Below are positions 36,327 to 45,063 of a stretch of 64,000 bases of DNA, one piece after another. Each line of letters starts with the position of its first letter. Position 1 is the first letter of the stretch. Below the pieces are notes generated by a model. The model did no database searches, was not told the origin of the DNA, and was given only the letters and a program-made list of their open reading frames with translations. Origin of the DNA: Candidatus Saccharimonadota bacterium (GTDB lineage Bacteria > Patescibacteriota > Saccharimonadia > Saccharimonadales > Saccharimonadaceae); assembly GCA_009777795.1 (NCBI GenBank), contig WRLC01000001.1:61509-125508 (forward strand). Reading direction: 5' to 3'. A program made the position numbers and the translations under genes.

Positions 36327-38767
36327 ATAATTTTGGCGAGGTGGGCGGCGAAGCGTTCGTCGTTTTTGATGATGAGTTGGGCGCGGGATTGGATGGCGGG
36401 CTCGGCGATGGCGATTTCGCGGGCGATGTCGGGTTGCTTGGCGAGGGGTTTGAAGAAGTCTTTGAATTCGCCGAGCTCGGGAATGGTGCGGAGGGTGCGG
36501 CCGAGCAAGCGAGGGTAATAGGCGAGGTCGTGGCCGCGGAAAAGTTGGTCGAGAGCGGGCCAATTGGCGCGAATCCAGTCGAAGGTGAGTGTCCGGCCAT
36601 TGGGATTATTTAGCAAATTACAGATGAAAGAGAGAACGTCTTGTGTCCGGACACTCGCGGGGTCGAGTAATTTAGAGAGGATGAGGGTGATGAGCTCGGG
36701 GTGCTGGGTGGAGGAAACGGCGGTGGCGATGTCGTCCTTAAGGTCGGGCGCGGTGCTGGCGGTGTACTGGGCGAGGAGGTTATCGACATTGGCGCCGGAG
36801 TCGAAGCGGACGTGAGCGGCGAGGACGGTGGAGCGGATGTTGGCGTCGATGGACTGGGGTTGGTTGATGTCGATTTGGAGCAGACGGCCGATGACGTCGG
36901 GGTTTTCGGAGTAGGCCATGAGGCGGACGATTTGGGCGCGGAGGGTGATGTCGTGGAAAGTGTCGCTGGAGACGGGGTCGAGCCCGAGACCGACGTAGCA
37001 TTTGAGGGCGACACGGCCGACGAGGGTTTTGAATTGTTGCTCTTGGAGGGTGCCGGGTGTGAGGAAGATGCGGAGGAAGTTAATCAGGTAGGCGGCGGCG
37101 GACCAGACGAGGTAGTCGGTCTCGTTTTCGAGCTTGGCGATGAGGTCGAGGGCGAGCTCGACGGACAAGTCGCCGGCTTCGGCGAGCAGCCGGGCGTCGG
37201 TGAGGAGGCGGGCGCGTTCCTCGGGGGTGGCGAGGGTGAAGTGCTGGAGCTTTTCGGGTGTGATGGGGAGGAGGTAGTAGCCGGAGAGGTCGGATTTGAT
37301 GGCGGGGAGGGGGAATTTGGAGGTGCGGCCGATGCCTTTGAGGCTAAAAGTGCGTTGTTTGGCGCCGTCGACGTAAGGGTAGCCGGTGTGGTTGAGCCAA
37401 TAGTCCATTAGTGGTTTAGCGCCGGGCAGTTCGGCCCAGAGATCGTCGGCAGTGGTACTTTTGAAAGCATGCTTGGTAAAATAATTTTTGAGGCCGGCGT
37501 AGAAGGTGTCTTGGCCGATTTCGGAGACGAGCTGGGCGAGGAGGCAGGCGCCCTTGGCGTAGACGATGGCGCCGTCGAAGAGGGTTTGGATTTCGTCGGG
37601 GCTGTGGACATCTTGGCGGATGGGCTGGACGCCGGGCAAGAGGTCGCGTTGCATGGCGTAGGCGCGTTCGTCGAGGTAGAAGTCTTGCATGATTTTCCAC
37701 TCGGGGAAGAGGGCGTCGACACAGACGTATTCGATGTAGGTGGCGAAGGATTCGTTGAGCCAGAGGTCGTCCCACCAGCGCATGGTGACGAGATTGCCGA
37801 ACCATTGGTGGGAGATTTCGTGGGCGATGACAAGGGCGATGCGTTTTTTGGTTTCGAGGCTGGCGTCGGGGGAGGCGAGGAGGAGGCTTTCGCGGTAGGT
37901 GATGAGGCCCCAGTTTTCCATGGCGCCGGCCTCGAAGTCGGGGAGGGCGATTTGGTCAAGCTTGGTGAGGGGGTAGCGGACTTGGAATTTGTCGACGAAG
38001 AAGTCGAGGGCGCGGACGGCGACGTCGCTAGCGAAGGCGAGGTGGGCGACCGGGTGGTTGGCGGTGGTGTAGGTGGTGATTTTGGTTTGGTGCTTGGAGG
38101 TGGCCGAGACGGAGTGGAAGCTGCCGATGACAAAGGCGAGGAGGTAGGTGCTCATGGGCGGGGTTTTGTGGAAGGCGGTGCGGACGCGCTCGTTTTCGAG
38201 CTGGAGGCGGGTGATGACGGGGGTGTTGCCAAAGGCGCTCATGAGAGGGCTGTGGATGAGGACGAGGTGGAACTCGGCCTTGGCCTCGGGCTCGTCGACG
38301 CAGGGGAAGACATTGCGGGCATAGTGGCTTTCAAACTGGGTGGCGACGATTTCGCGAGCGGGGCCGGTGGCGGTTTGGTCGGGGGCGTTGTAGGTAGAGA
38401 GGTAGGCGCCGGTCATTTTGCTGGAGATGGGGCAGGACCAAGCGAGGCTTAGGGTAATCGAGTCGGGGCTGGCGCCGAGTTTGTCGTCGCGGTCGGCGAT
38501 TTTGGCGTCTTGGTCTTTTTGGCTGCTAGGGGGCGAGGTGTCGTGGATGGTGAGGATGTCGCCGGATTGGGTGAATCGGAGCTTGCGTTTGTTTTGGCCG
38601 ACTTCGATGATTTTGAGGCCATTGGCATGAAGTTTGACGGTGGACTGGCTGGGCGATGCCGGAATGCCGACGACGACCATCTGGCCGGTGATTTGGCGCG
38701 ATTCGGTCTGGACGTCGAGGACGAGTTGGTAAGAAACAGGTTTGAATTGGTTATATAAGCGCTCCAT
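36323..38767 (-). CDS. pepN: Aminopeptidase N (M1 family)
   Basis: GAMENWGLITYRE exopeptidase motif and HEISHQWFGNLVTMRWWDDLWLNESFA (HExxH-18-E). Confidence 0.9.
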   Translation of the reverse strand: MERLYNQFKPVSYQLVLDVQTESRQITGQMVVVGIPASPSQSTVKLHANGLKIIEVGQNKRKLRFTQSGDILTIHDTSPPSSQKDQDAKIADRDDKLGASPDSITLSLAWSCPISSKMTGAYLSTYNAPDQTATGPAREIVATQFESHYARNVFPCVDEPEAKAEFHLVLIHSPLMSAFGNTPVITRLQLENERVRTAFHKTPPMSTYLLAFVIGSFHSVSATSKHQTKITTYTTANHPVAHLAFASDVAVRALDFFVDKFQVRYPLTKLDQIALPDFEAGAMENWGLITYRESLLLASPDASLETKKRIALVIAHEISHQWFGNLVTMRWWDDLWLNESFATYIEYVCVDALFPEWKIMQDFYLDERAYAMQRDLLPGVQPIRQDVHSPDEIQTLFDGAIVYAKGACLLAQLVSEIGQDTFYAGLKNYFTKHAFKSTTADDLWAELPGAKPLMDYWLNHTGYPYVDGAKQRTFSLKGIGRTSKFPLPAIKSDLSGYYLLPITPEKLQHFTLATPEERARLLTDARLLAEAGDLSVELALDLIAKLENETDYLVWSAAAYLINFLRIFLTPGTLQEQQFKTLVGRVALKCYVGLGLDPVSSDTFHDITLRAQIVRLMAYSENPDVIGRLLQIDINQPQSIDANIRSTVLAAHVRFDSGANVDNLLAQYTASTAPDLKDDIATAVSSTQHPELITLILSKLLDPASVRTQDVLSFICNLLNNPNGRTLTFDWIRANWPALDQLFRGHDLAYYPRLLGRTLRTIPELGEFKDFFKPLAKQPDIAREIAIAEPAIQSRAQLIIKNDERFAAHLAKII

Positions 38768-38802
38768 AGGTAAATTATATCATAACAAAACTCTTATTGG
38801 TT

Positions 38803-38889
38803 TGGCGGAAGCGATAGGATTCGAACCTACGAGGCTATTAACCTACACGATTTCCAATCGTGCGCCTTCAACCACTCGGCCACGCTTCC
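38803..38889 (-). tRNA. tRNA-Ser (GGA), long variable arm, CCA encoded
   Basis: Reverse complement reads GGAAGCGTGGCCGAGTGGTTGAAGGCGCACGATTGGAAATCGTGTAGGTTAATAGCCTCGTAGGTTCGAATCCTATCGCTTCCGCCA. Confidence 0.9.
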
Positions 38890-38949
38890 ACCTCTCCATT
38901 CTACCATACCTCCCCCTAAAAACTCCAGTTTTTTGATTTTTGCGAAATG

Positions 38950-38958
38950 TGGTAGTAT
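38950..38958 (+). promoter_or_regulatory. Extended -10 promoter element (same ATGTGGTAGTATAT core as the secA promoter)
   Basis: TGgTAGTAT lies 13 nt before ATG 38972. No SD. Confidence 0.35.
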
Positions 38959-38971
38959 ATATTATATACAT

Positions 38972-40255
38972 ATGAAACACACGGTTAAGGAGGTTAAGCT
39001 CAAAAACGGCGCCCGCGGGCTTTTTGTCCACGTTCCGGACGCCACTGTTATGAACTTCCAATTCCTCTTCCGCGCTGGTTTCCGTTTCGCCCGACCCGAA
39101 GTCTACGAAGTCGCCCACTTGCTCGAACACATGGCCTTTGGCGCCAACGCCCGGCACAAAAACCAAACCGAATTTGAAAATGACTTCACCCAAAACGGCG
39201 CCTACCACAACGCCTATACCTCCGACAACCTCGTCTGCTACTCTGCCGAATGCGCCGATTTCGAATGGGAACGCATCCTTGACCTCCAGCTGCTTTCCAT
39301 CGCCGAGCCCAAATTCAACCACACCGAGCTCCAAGCCGAGCTTGGCAACATCAAGAGCGAGCTCACCGGCTATCTCAACGACTACATGCGTCTGCTCTGG
39401 CCCGAGGTCCAAATTCGCGTCGGCGAGCCTGTCCTCACCCTGCAAGACCGCCTCGCCACCCTCGCTAACGTCCGGCTCGATGACGTCTGGGCCCACTACA
39501 ACCAAACCCACACCGCCAAAAACCTCCGCTTTGTCATTTCGGGCAATTTCGCCTCTCGCACCGCCCGCCTGCTCGAACTACTCGAAAGCGCCAAATTCGA
39601 CCCCGGCCTCGAGCTACCTTTCCCCGTCGATAGCTACCATAGCAACACTCCCGAGCTCATCGCCAAGGCCGACGCCAGCAACATTTCCTTTGGTTTTTCC
39701 TTCGTCCTGCCTCGCCGCCTCGAAAATAAAGAAATCGACGCCATCGGCGGCCTCAACCACTTGCTCTGCGGCACCATGTCTAGCCGCATTTTTGGCGAAG
39801 CTCGCCGCCGCGGCCTCGCTTACGGCGTCTTTGCCGAGACTCAACTCGGCCAGCAAAGCGCCAGCTGGGATTTCGGCGGCGAAGCCAACCCCGAAACTAT
39901 CGAGAAGCTCTTTTCTATCATCACCCGCGAGCTAAAAAGCGTCGCTGCCGGCGAAATTACTAAAAACGAAGTCGCCGCCGGCCACAGCTATGCTCTCGGC
40001 CGCCTCCAAATGCAGGGCCAGACCGTCGCCCAGACTGCCAATTTCTACACCGGCCGCTATGTCAACTACGGCGAAATCGACGATTACTCCCGCATGGAAG
40101 AGCGCATCCATGCCATTTCCCAGCGCGGCATGCAAGCCATCGCTCAGGAATTCCTCGCCGAGGGCCAGCTCGCCCTTGTCGCCGTCGGCAAAAAGCGCGA
40201 CCAGAAACTCACCCAAGACCTCGGCGCCAAGCTGGAGGCACTTCGTGGACAGTAA
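38972..40255 (+). CDS. M16-family (insulinase-like) zinc peptidase
   Basis: HLLEHMAF (HxxEH inverted zinc motif) near the N-terminus and a two-domain size of 427 aa. ATG 38972 preferred over track start 38933. Confidence 0.75.
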   Translation: MKHTVKEVKLKNGARGLFVHVPDATVMNFQFLFRAGFRFARPEVYEVAHLLEHMAFGANARHKNQTEFENDFTQNGAYHNAYTSDNLVCYSAECADFEWERILDLQLLSIAEPKFNHTELQAELGNIKSELTGYLNDYMRLLWPEVQIRVGEPVLTLQDRLATLANVRLDDVWAHYNQTHTAKNLRFVISGNFASRTARLLELLESAKFDPGLELPFPVDSYHSNTPELIAKADASNISFGFSFVLPRRLENKEIDAIGGLNHLLCGTMSSRIFGEARRRGLAYGVFAETQLGQQSASWDFGGEANPETIEKLFSIITRELKSVAAGEITKNEVAAGHSYALGRLQMQGQTVAQTANFYTGRYVNYGEIDDYSRMEERIHAISQRGMQAIAQEFLAEGQLALVAVGKKRDQKLTQDLGAKLEALRGQ

Positions 40256-41192
40256 ACTCTTTTTTCAAAACTGCCCAGCCGCTATCATCGCCATTGCTGG
40301 CTACGCCAACACTACCACCGCCGCCATGCTGGCCGAGATTTTCCAGACCTATTTCGCTACCACCGACCTCGGCGACCGCGTCCGCCTCGTCGCCGCCGCT
40401 GCCGACCCCAAGCACAACATCACCCGCGATCTCGACACCCTCGGCGACATCAGCAATATCGACATCGTGCTCTACCTCCTCTCTGACGAGCAACTCGAGC
40501 ATCTCGCCGTTAACCTCCCTTATCTTGTCATTGGCCAGACTACCGACCCTAATACCAACCTCGCCGCCATCAGAAGCACCAATCTCCACGCCCGCGCCAC
40601 CTTTTTCCTCGGCCGCGATCTCAATTCCTATGCCCTAGCTAACCGCACCCTCGCCCCCACCAAACTCGCCTTTCCCGATGACCTGCCTTTCCCCCTGCCC
40701 GAGCTCCAAGTTGTCGGTGATTGGCAACGCGAATGCGCCGACGCTGCCGCCCTCGTTGCAGCGGAATTCAAACTGCCACCCGAGCTAATCCAAAACGCCC
40801 TCCACCAATTTAACGAGCTGCCTCACCACCTCGATTTTATCCGCGAGGTCGGCGGCGTCAAATATTACGACGACGGCATCTCCGACTCTCCCGAGCTGGC
40901 CACGGTCTCGATCAAAACTTTCGACCGGCCTATCATCATTTCCACCCAAGAGTTCCCCGATTCTCTCGTCAAGCGCCAAATCATCATCCCCGTCGTCCCT
41001 ACCGAGTTCGCCACCGAGTTCAAAACCCGAGAATCCATGGTCGGCGACCCCTTAGTTGAGCGCGCCGACTCGCTCGCCGACGCCACCCAACTGGCTAGTA
41101 TCTTTGCCGTCCCCGGCGACACCGTCCTCTACGTCCCCGCCGCGCCCGGACTTTCCAGTGAAGCCTTTGTTATCGAGGTCAACAAATTATGA
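40245..41192 (+). CDS. Mur-ligase-like (MurD-like) protein lacking the N-terminal domain and P-loop lysine
   Basis: IIAIAGYANTTTAAML occupies the place of the GxNGK[ST]T motif. HHLDFIREVGGVKYYDDGISDSPELA resembles MurD H-R-x-E...NDSKATN. Proposed GTG start at 40245; the part of track ORF 39990.. upstream of it overlaps the M16 gene. Confidence 0.4.
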   Translation: MDSKLFFQNCPAAIIAIAGYANTTTAAMLAEIFQTYFATTDLGDRVRLVAAAADPKHNITRDLDTLGDISNIDIVLYLLSDEQLEHLAVNLPYLVIGQTTDPNTNLAAIRSTNLHARATFFLGRDLNSYALANRTLAPTKLAFPDDLPFPLPELQVVGDWQRECADAAALVAAEFKLPPELIQNALHQFNELPHHLDFIREVGGVKYYDDGISDSPELATVSIKTFDRPIIISTQEFPDSLVKRQIIIPVVPTEFATEFKTRESMVGDPLVERADSLADATQLASIFAVPGDTVLYVPAAPGLSSEAFVIEVNKL

Positions 41193-42277
41193 AAACCATC
41201 CAAGAATTAGCTGCCGAAATCACTAGCGCTCTCGCCACTCTCAACATTGCCGACAAACAACGCCAACTCTCCGACATCGAGCAGACCATGGCCCGCCCGG
41301 ACTTTTGGCAAAATCAAGAATCCGCCCAAAGCACCGTCGCCGAGCTCTCCGCCCTCAAAAAAATCGTCGAGCCTTGGATCGAGCTCGACCAAAAAGCCCG
41401 CGACCTCGCCGAGCTCGAAATCCTCCTCGCCGACAACGCCAGCGACGCCGAAAAGCAAGAACTAGCTAGTGAATTCGCCGCCGCCCTAGCTACTTTCCAC
41501 GAGCTCAAAAAACACCTCCTCTACCGCGACCAATACGATGCTGGCAACGCCATCCTCCGCATCACCGCTGGCGTTGGCGGCACTGAAGCCATGGATTTTG
41601 CCGCCATGCTCGAGCGCATGTATTTACGCTTTGCCGAGCAAAATGACTTCCAAGCCAGCCAAATCGAGCGCCTCGCTGGCGAGGAAGCCGGCCTCAAAAC
41701 CAGCGTCCTCGAAATCGCCGGCCCTTATGCCTATGGCCAACTCAAAGGCGATCACGGCACCCACCGCCTCGTCCGCCTCTCGCCCTTTAACGCCGACAAC
41801 CTCCGCCAAACCAGCTTCGCCCTCGTCGAAGTCCTACCAATTATCGACAGCCCCGAAACCATTATTGACCCCAAAGACCTCCGCATCGACATCTATCGCG
41901 CCGGCGGCCACGGCGGCCAGTCAGTTAATACTACCGATAGCGCCGTTCGCATCACTCACTTGCCAACCAATACCGTCGTCGCCATCCAAAACGAGCGTTC
42001 CCAGCTTAAAAATAAAGAACTAGCTCTCAAAATCCTCGCCGCTAAGCTCGAGCAACTCCGCCGCGAGCAACACGCCGAGAGTTTGAATAGCCTCCGCGCC
42101 GGTAAATCCGCCGACTGGGGCTCGCAAATCCGCAACTACGTCCTCCACCCCTACACGTTGGTCAAAGACACCCGTACCAAATACGAAGAGACCGACGCCG
42201 AAAAGGTCCTTGACGGCGCCATCTCCAACTTCTCCAACGCCTATCTCGAGTGGCTGGCCGCCAAGGCTCAAATATAA
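41189..42277 (+). CDS. prfB: Peptide chain release factor 2 (single ORF, no programmed frameshift)
   Basis: SPF tripeptide (RLSPFNA) and GGQ motif (GGHGGQSVNTTDSAVRITHLPT). Confidence 0.9.
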   Translation: MKTIQELAAEITSALATLNIADKQRQLSDIEQTMARPDFWQNQESAQSTVAELSALKKIVEPWIELDQKARDLAELEILLADNASDAEKQELASEFAAALATFHELKKHLLYRDQYDAGNAILRITAGVGGTEAMDFAAMLERMYLRFAEQNDFQASQIERLAGEEAGLKTSVLEIAGPYAYGQLKGDHGTHRLVRLSPFNADNLRQTSFALVEVLPIIDSPETIIDPKDLRIDIYRAGGHGGQSVNTTDSAVRITHLPTNTVVAIQNERSQLKNKELALKILAAKLEQLRREQHAESLNSLRAGKSADWGSQIRNYVLHPYTLVKDTRTKYEETDAEKVLDGAISNFSNAYLEWLAAKAQI

Positions 42278-44343
42278 TTCGTTGCAATTAAGACAATCGG
42301 CGTCCGGCCCGTCGCGTCAAACAAAATGTGCGACACGTCCTCTTTTAGTTCGGTCTTTAGTGCATCGAGCTTGTTCATGTTCACGCCCTTTTCCGTCTTC
42401 GCGCGAATATAATGCCGCACCTTGCCGATCAGTTCTTCCGAGTCATCAATATAGACAAACGCCCGGCTAATCACGTCCGGCGATTTAATCAACTTGCCGG
42501 TTTTCCGTGAGAAAGTCAGCACCACCACAAAGATACCCTCGGTCGAGATGTGGATTCTGTCCTTCACCACCGCTTCTGAAACCATATGCCCGGCGTCATC
42601 CCATAGCTCACTCGCCACTGGCATCCGCCCGGCCTTTTTCAGCCGCTTGTCCGGCCCCAGCTCCACAATATCGCCGTCGTCAACTACCAAAATCCGATCT
42701 TTTGCTATGCCACAGATGTTTTCTGCCATCTCTGCATTATGCTCCAGCATATAAAATTCCCCGTGATTTGGCAAATAATTCAGCGGCTTCAACGTTTGCA
42801 CCAGCTTCACATGGTCGTCAAAGTAGGCGTGCCCCGAAATGTGCAACGGCCCCAACCCGTGGATATGCCCCTTACCATTCTGGATTACCTCCGCCCCCTC
42901 ACGCATCAGCCCCGACACCGTCGCCGTCACATGCGGCTCATTGCCCGGGATTGGGTTCGACGAAAATATAATCGTATCTGTCGCCTTGATTTTGATGTGC
43001 TTGTGCTCGCCCGAAACCATCCGGTTCAGAACCGCGTTTAATTCGCCCTGCGAACCCGTACAAACCACCACCGCCTTATCGTCCGCGATTTTCACGATGT
43101 CTTCCATCTTCATCACCGTGTCTTTCGGCACCCGGATTTGCCGGCTCCTTAGCGCCACTTCCACGTTATTAATCATCGAGAATCCAGCAAACGCCACCTT
43201 TTTGCCACGCTTGGCTGCCTCGTCCAGAATCAGCTGCATTCGCACCACTTGCGACGAAAAGCACGATATAATCAGTCGCCCATTGGCCCGGTCCATCGCC
43301 CGGCCCATGTTTTCCGCAATATCAAACTCCGAAAACGGATGCGTCCCCGGGCTATCAATATTCGTCGACTCATTAACCATAAGCGCGATACCCTCTTTTT
43401 TCGAGATTTCTTCCAGTCGCGGCATGTCAAACTGTTTCGCCACCGGATTATTTTCAAACCGCCAGTCGCCCATATAAAGCACCACGCCGTTTGGCGTCCG
43501 GATTACCAGCGACGCGCTACCCGGAATCGAGTGCAGCACATGCACAAACTCGACCGACAAATTGGCCGACAGCTTGATTTCTTTATGCGCGAACGGGTCG
43601 ACCACCTGATAATTCGTGTCCGGCGGCTCCGCCAACTCGCTCATTTGCTTTTTTATCATATTTATGGTGAATTCCGTCGCATAGACTGGCGTCATCGGGT
43701 TAAACCGCGGCAAAATATGCCGCGTCCCACCGATGTGGTCCAAGTGCGCGTGCGTAAACAAAATCGCCTTCACCTTGTCCATATTGTTTTCCAAATATTT
43801 CGTGCTTGGTGTCAAATAATTCACCCCGGGGTAATCGTCATTAGCGAACAGAACCCCCATATCAATCACAATAATTTCATCTTTATACTCGATCAGCGTC
43901 ATGTTTTTGCCAATCCCAATCTCACCGTGTCCGCCCAGCGGAATCACCCGCACTGCGTCCGGATTCTTCGGCGCGTTTTTCACCAGCTGTGGCGGCAACT
44001 GCCGGCCATCTGTACCGTTATAACGCGACTTGTTTACCGGCACCCCAATATGGTGCTGGCTCGCCTGCGCCACTACGTCCTGACTTTTCATTCTCTGCGC
44101 CCGATTGACCTCACCCGCCCGGCTCGAAACGCCCAGCATCCGTCGCCGTTCCTCGTTCTTTAGCCGCGCCTGCTCGTTTTGCTGCTTTAGCTGCTGGTAG
44201 CGGTTTTTGCCACCGCCACTGCGCCCGCCATTCCGGCCTCCGGCTGCTTGCACCTCTTTCATTTGGCGCTTTTTCGCCGCCTGCCGCAGGCGTTCCTGCC
44301 GCAATTTTTGCATCCTTTGTCTTCTTTCTTTATCGTTTTCCAT
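42268..44343 (-). CDS. rnj: Ribonuclease J with ~130-aa basic low-complexity N-terminal extension
   Basis: Metallo-beta-lactamase HAHLDHIGG, beta-CASP and C-terminal domains. The N-terminus reads KERRQRMQKLRQERLRQAAKKRQ.... Confidence 0.85.
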   Translation of the reverse strand: MENDKERRQRMQKLRQERLRQAAKKRQMKEVQAAGGRNGGRSGGGKNRYQQLKQQNEQARLKNEERRRMLGVSSRAGEVNRAQRMKSQDVVAQASQHHIGVPVNKSRYNGTDGRQLPPQLVKNAPKNPDAVRVIPLGGHGEIGIGKNMTLIEYKDEIIVIDMGVLFANDDYPGVNYLTPSTKYLENNMDKVKAILFTHAHLDHIGGTRHILPRFNPMTPVYATEFTINMIKKQMSELAEPPDTNYQVVDPFAHKEIKLSANLSVEFVHVLHSIPGSASLVIRTPNGVVLYMGDWRFENNPVAKQFDMPRLEEISKKEGIALMVNESTNIDSPGTHPFSEFDIAENMGRAMDRANGRLIISCFSSQVVRMQLILDEAAKRGKKVAFAGFSMINNVEVALRSRQIRVPKDTVMKMEDIVKIADDKAVVVCTGSQGELNAVLNRMVSGEHKHIKIKATDTIIFSSNPIPGNEPHVTATVSGLMREGAEVIQNGKGHIHGLGPLHISGHAYFDDHVKLVQTLKPLNYLPNHGEFYMLEHNAEMAENICGIAKDRILVVDDGDIVELGPDKRLKKAGRMPVASELWDDAGHMVSEAVVKDRIHISTEGIFVVVLTFSRKTGKLIKSPDVISRAFVYIDDSEELIGKVRHYIRAKTEKGVNMNKLDALKTELKEDVSHILFDATGRTPIVLIATNYI

Positions 44344-44494
44344 TTTTCTCCTGTTTTACACTGATAGGCAACACCTACTGCTACCTCCAAAGATTTCTTC
44401 TTACCCCTATTATATCAAAAAGTTCGCCAAAAGTCAATAGTTTTGCAAAAAACCAGCCAATTAACCACTAGAACTTTACTTTTGCTTATCTGTG

Positions 44495-44503
44495 TGATAG
44501 AAT
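44495..44503 (+). promoter_or_regulatory. Extended -10 promoter element ahead of a ~115-nt structured leader
   Basis: TGaTAGAAT. The next start codon is at 44625. Confidence 0.35.
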
Positions 44504-44624
44504 GGCCCTACAGACGCGGTCAGCTGCCCACCCTCTCATTAGAAGACGCTGACCGGCGTACTTTTAATGAAAGGCCCAGATTTTCTGGGAAGGTGGGCCC
44601 CGGTTGGGACAAAAGGTGAAAACC

Positions 44625-44969
44625 ATGTCTAACTATGTAGCCAATTTTGGCGCAGCAGTCAGTCGAGTCAGCAACGGAGGCAGTAGTGGCGGCAGTGGTC
44701 TTAGTGGCCGCGGCAGCAACAATGTTATCGTCTCTCAGCCAACTTGGTGGCAGCGGGCATTCGGTGGCGTTGATGCAGTGGTCAAACACAGCCCCAATCA
44801 ACCTCCGCCCAAAGCTGACCGCGTCGTCCGCGTGCGTGATGGCAACGCTTCCGTTGGCCAGCAGATTACCGGTTCCGACGCCGTCCATGTCCGTGTCTAC
44901 CAAGGTGGCGGCGAAAGCTTCATCAAAAAGATTGGTCACGGCGTAATGGACATTATCATGAACTCGTAG
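44625..44969 (+). CDS. Small hypothetical protein (114 aa), Gly/Ser-rich N-terminus
   Basis: AAAAGGTGA SD-like sequence precedes ATG 44625, and a strong terminator follows. Competing antisense ORFs (44520..44939) have no such signals. Confidence 0.4.
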   Translation: MSNYVANFGAAVSRVSNGGSSGGSGLSGRGSNNVIVSQPTWWQRAFGGVDAVVKHSPNQPPPKADRVVRVRDGNASVGQQITGSDAVHVRVYQGGGESFIKKIGHGVMDIIMNS

Positions 44970-45009
44970 GATGGTCTACCTCCTACCATCCATCACTGAT
45001 GATGTCCAG

Positions 45010-45042
45010 CCCCGACACTGAAAACTAGGTGTCGGGGTTTTT
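45010..45042 (+). terminator. Intrinsic terminator
   Basis: CCCCGACAC-tgaaaactag-GTGTCGGGG-TTTTT: a 9-bp stem plus a T-run. Confidence 0.7.
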
Positions 45043-45047
45043 CATTG

Positions 45048-45056
45048 TGCTATAAT
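45048..45056 (+). promoter_or_regulatory. Extended -10 promoter element
   Basis: TGcTATAAT ends 7 nt before ATG 45064. No SD. Confidence 0.4.
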
Positions 45057-45063
45057 ATACTAT

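Noticed and set aside
36701-38452. Long + strand ORFs antisense to pepN (36701..37411, 37469..38452). Similar Gly/Glu/Val/Asp-rich or Pro/Ser/Thr-rich antisense ORFs occur elsewhere (for example 21635..22249, 33951..34568, 38843..39511, 39138..39935, 43249..44163).
   Set aside because: They are low-complexity, compositionally driven shadows of well-supported genes on the opposite strand. They have no motifs and no translation signals.
39990-40244. Upstream 85 codons of track ORF 39990..41192.
   Set aside because: They fully overlap the 3' end of the M16 peptidase gene in another frame. The sequence is Pro/Ser/Ala-rich shadow composition.
41189-42277. Programmed +1 frameshift site in prfB.
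   Set aside because: RF2 is encoded as one uninterrupted 362-codon ORF, and no in-frame early TGA with a CTT TGA context was seen.
44520-44946. ORFs 44520..44939 (-) and 44647..44946 (+), competing with ORF 44625..44969.
   Set aside because: The + frame starting at ATG 44625 is bracketed by a promoter, an SD-like site and a strong terminator. The alternatives have none of these signals. All three remain low confidence.
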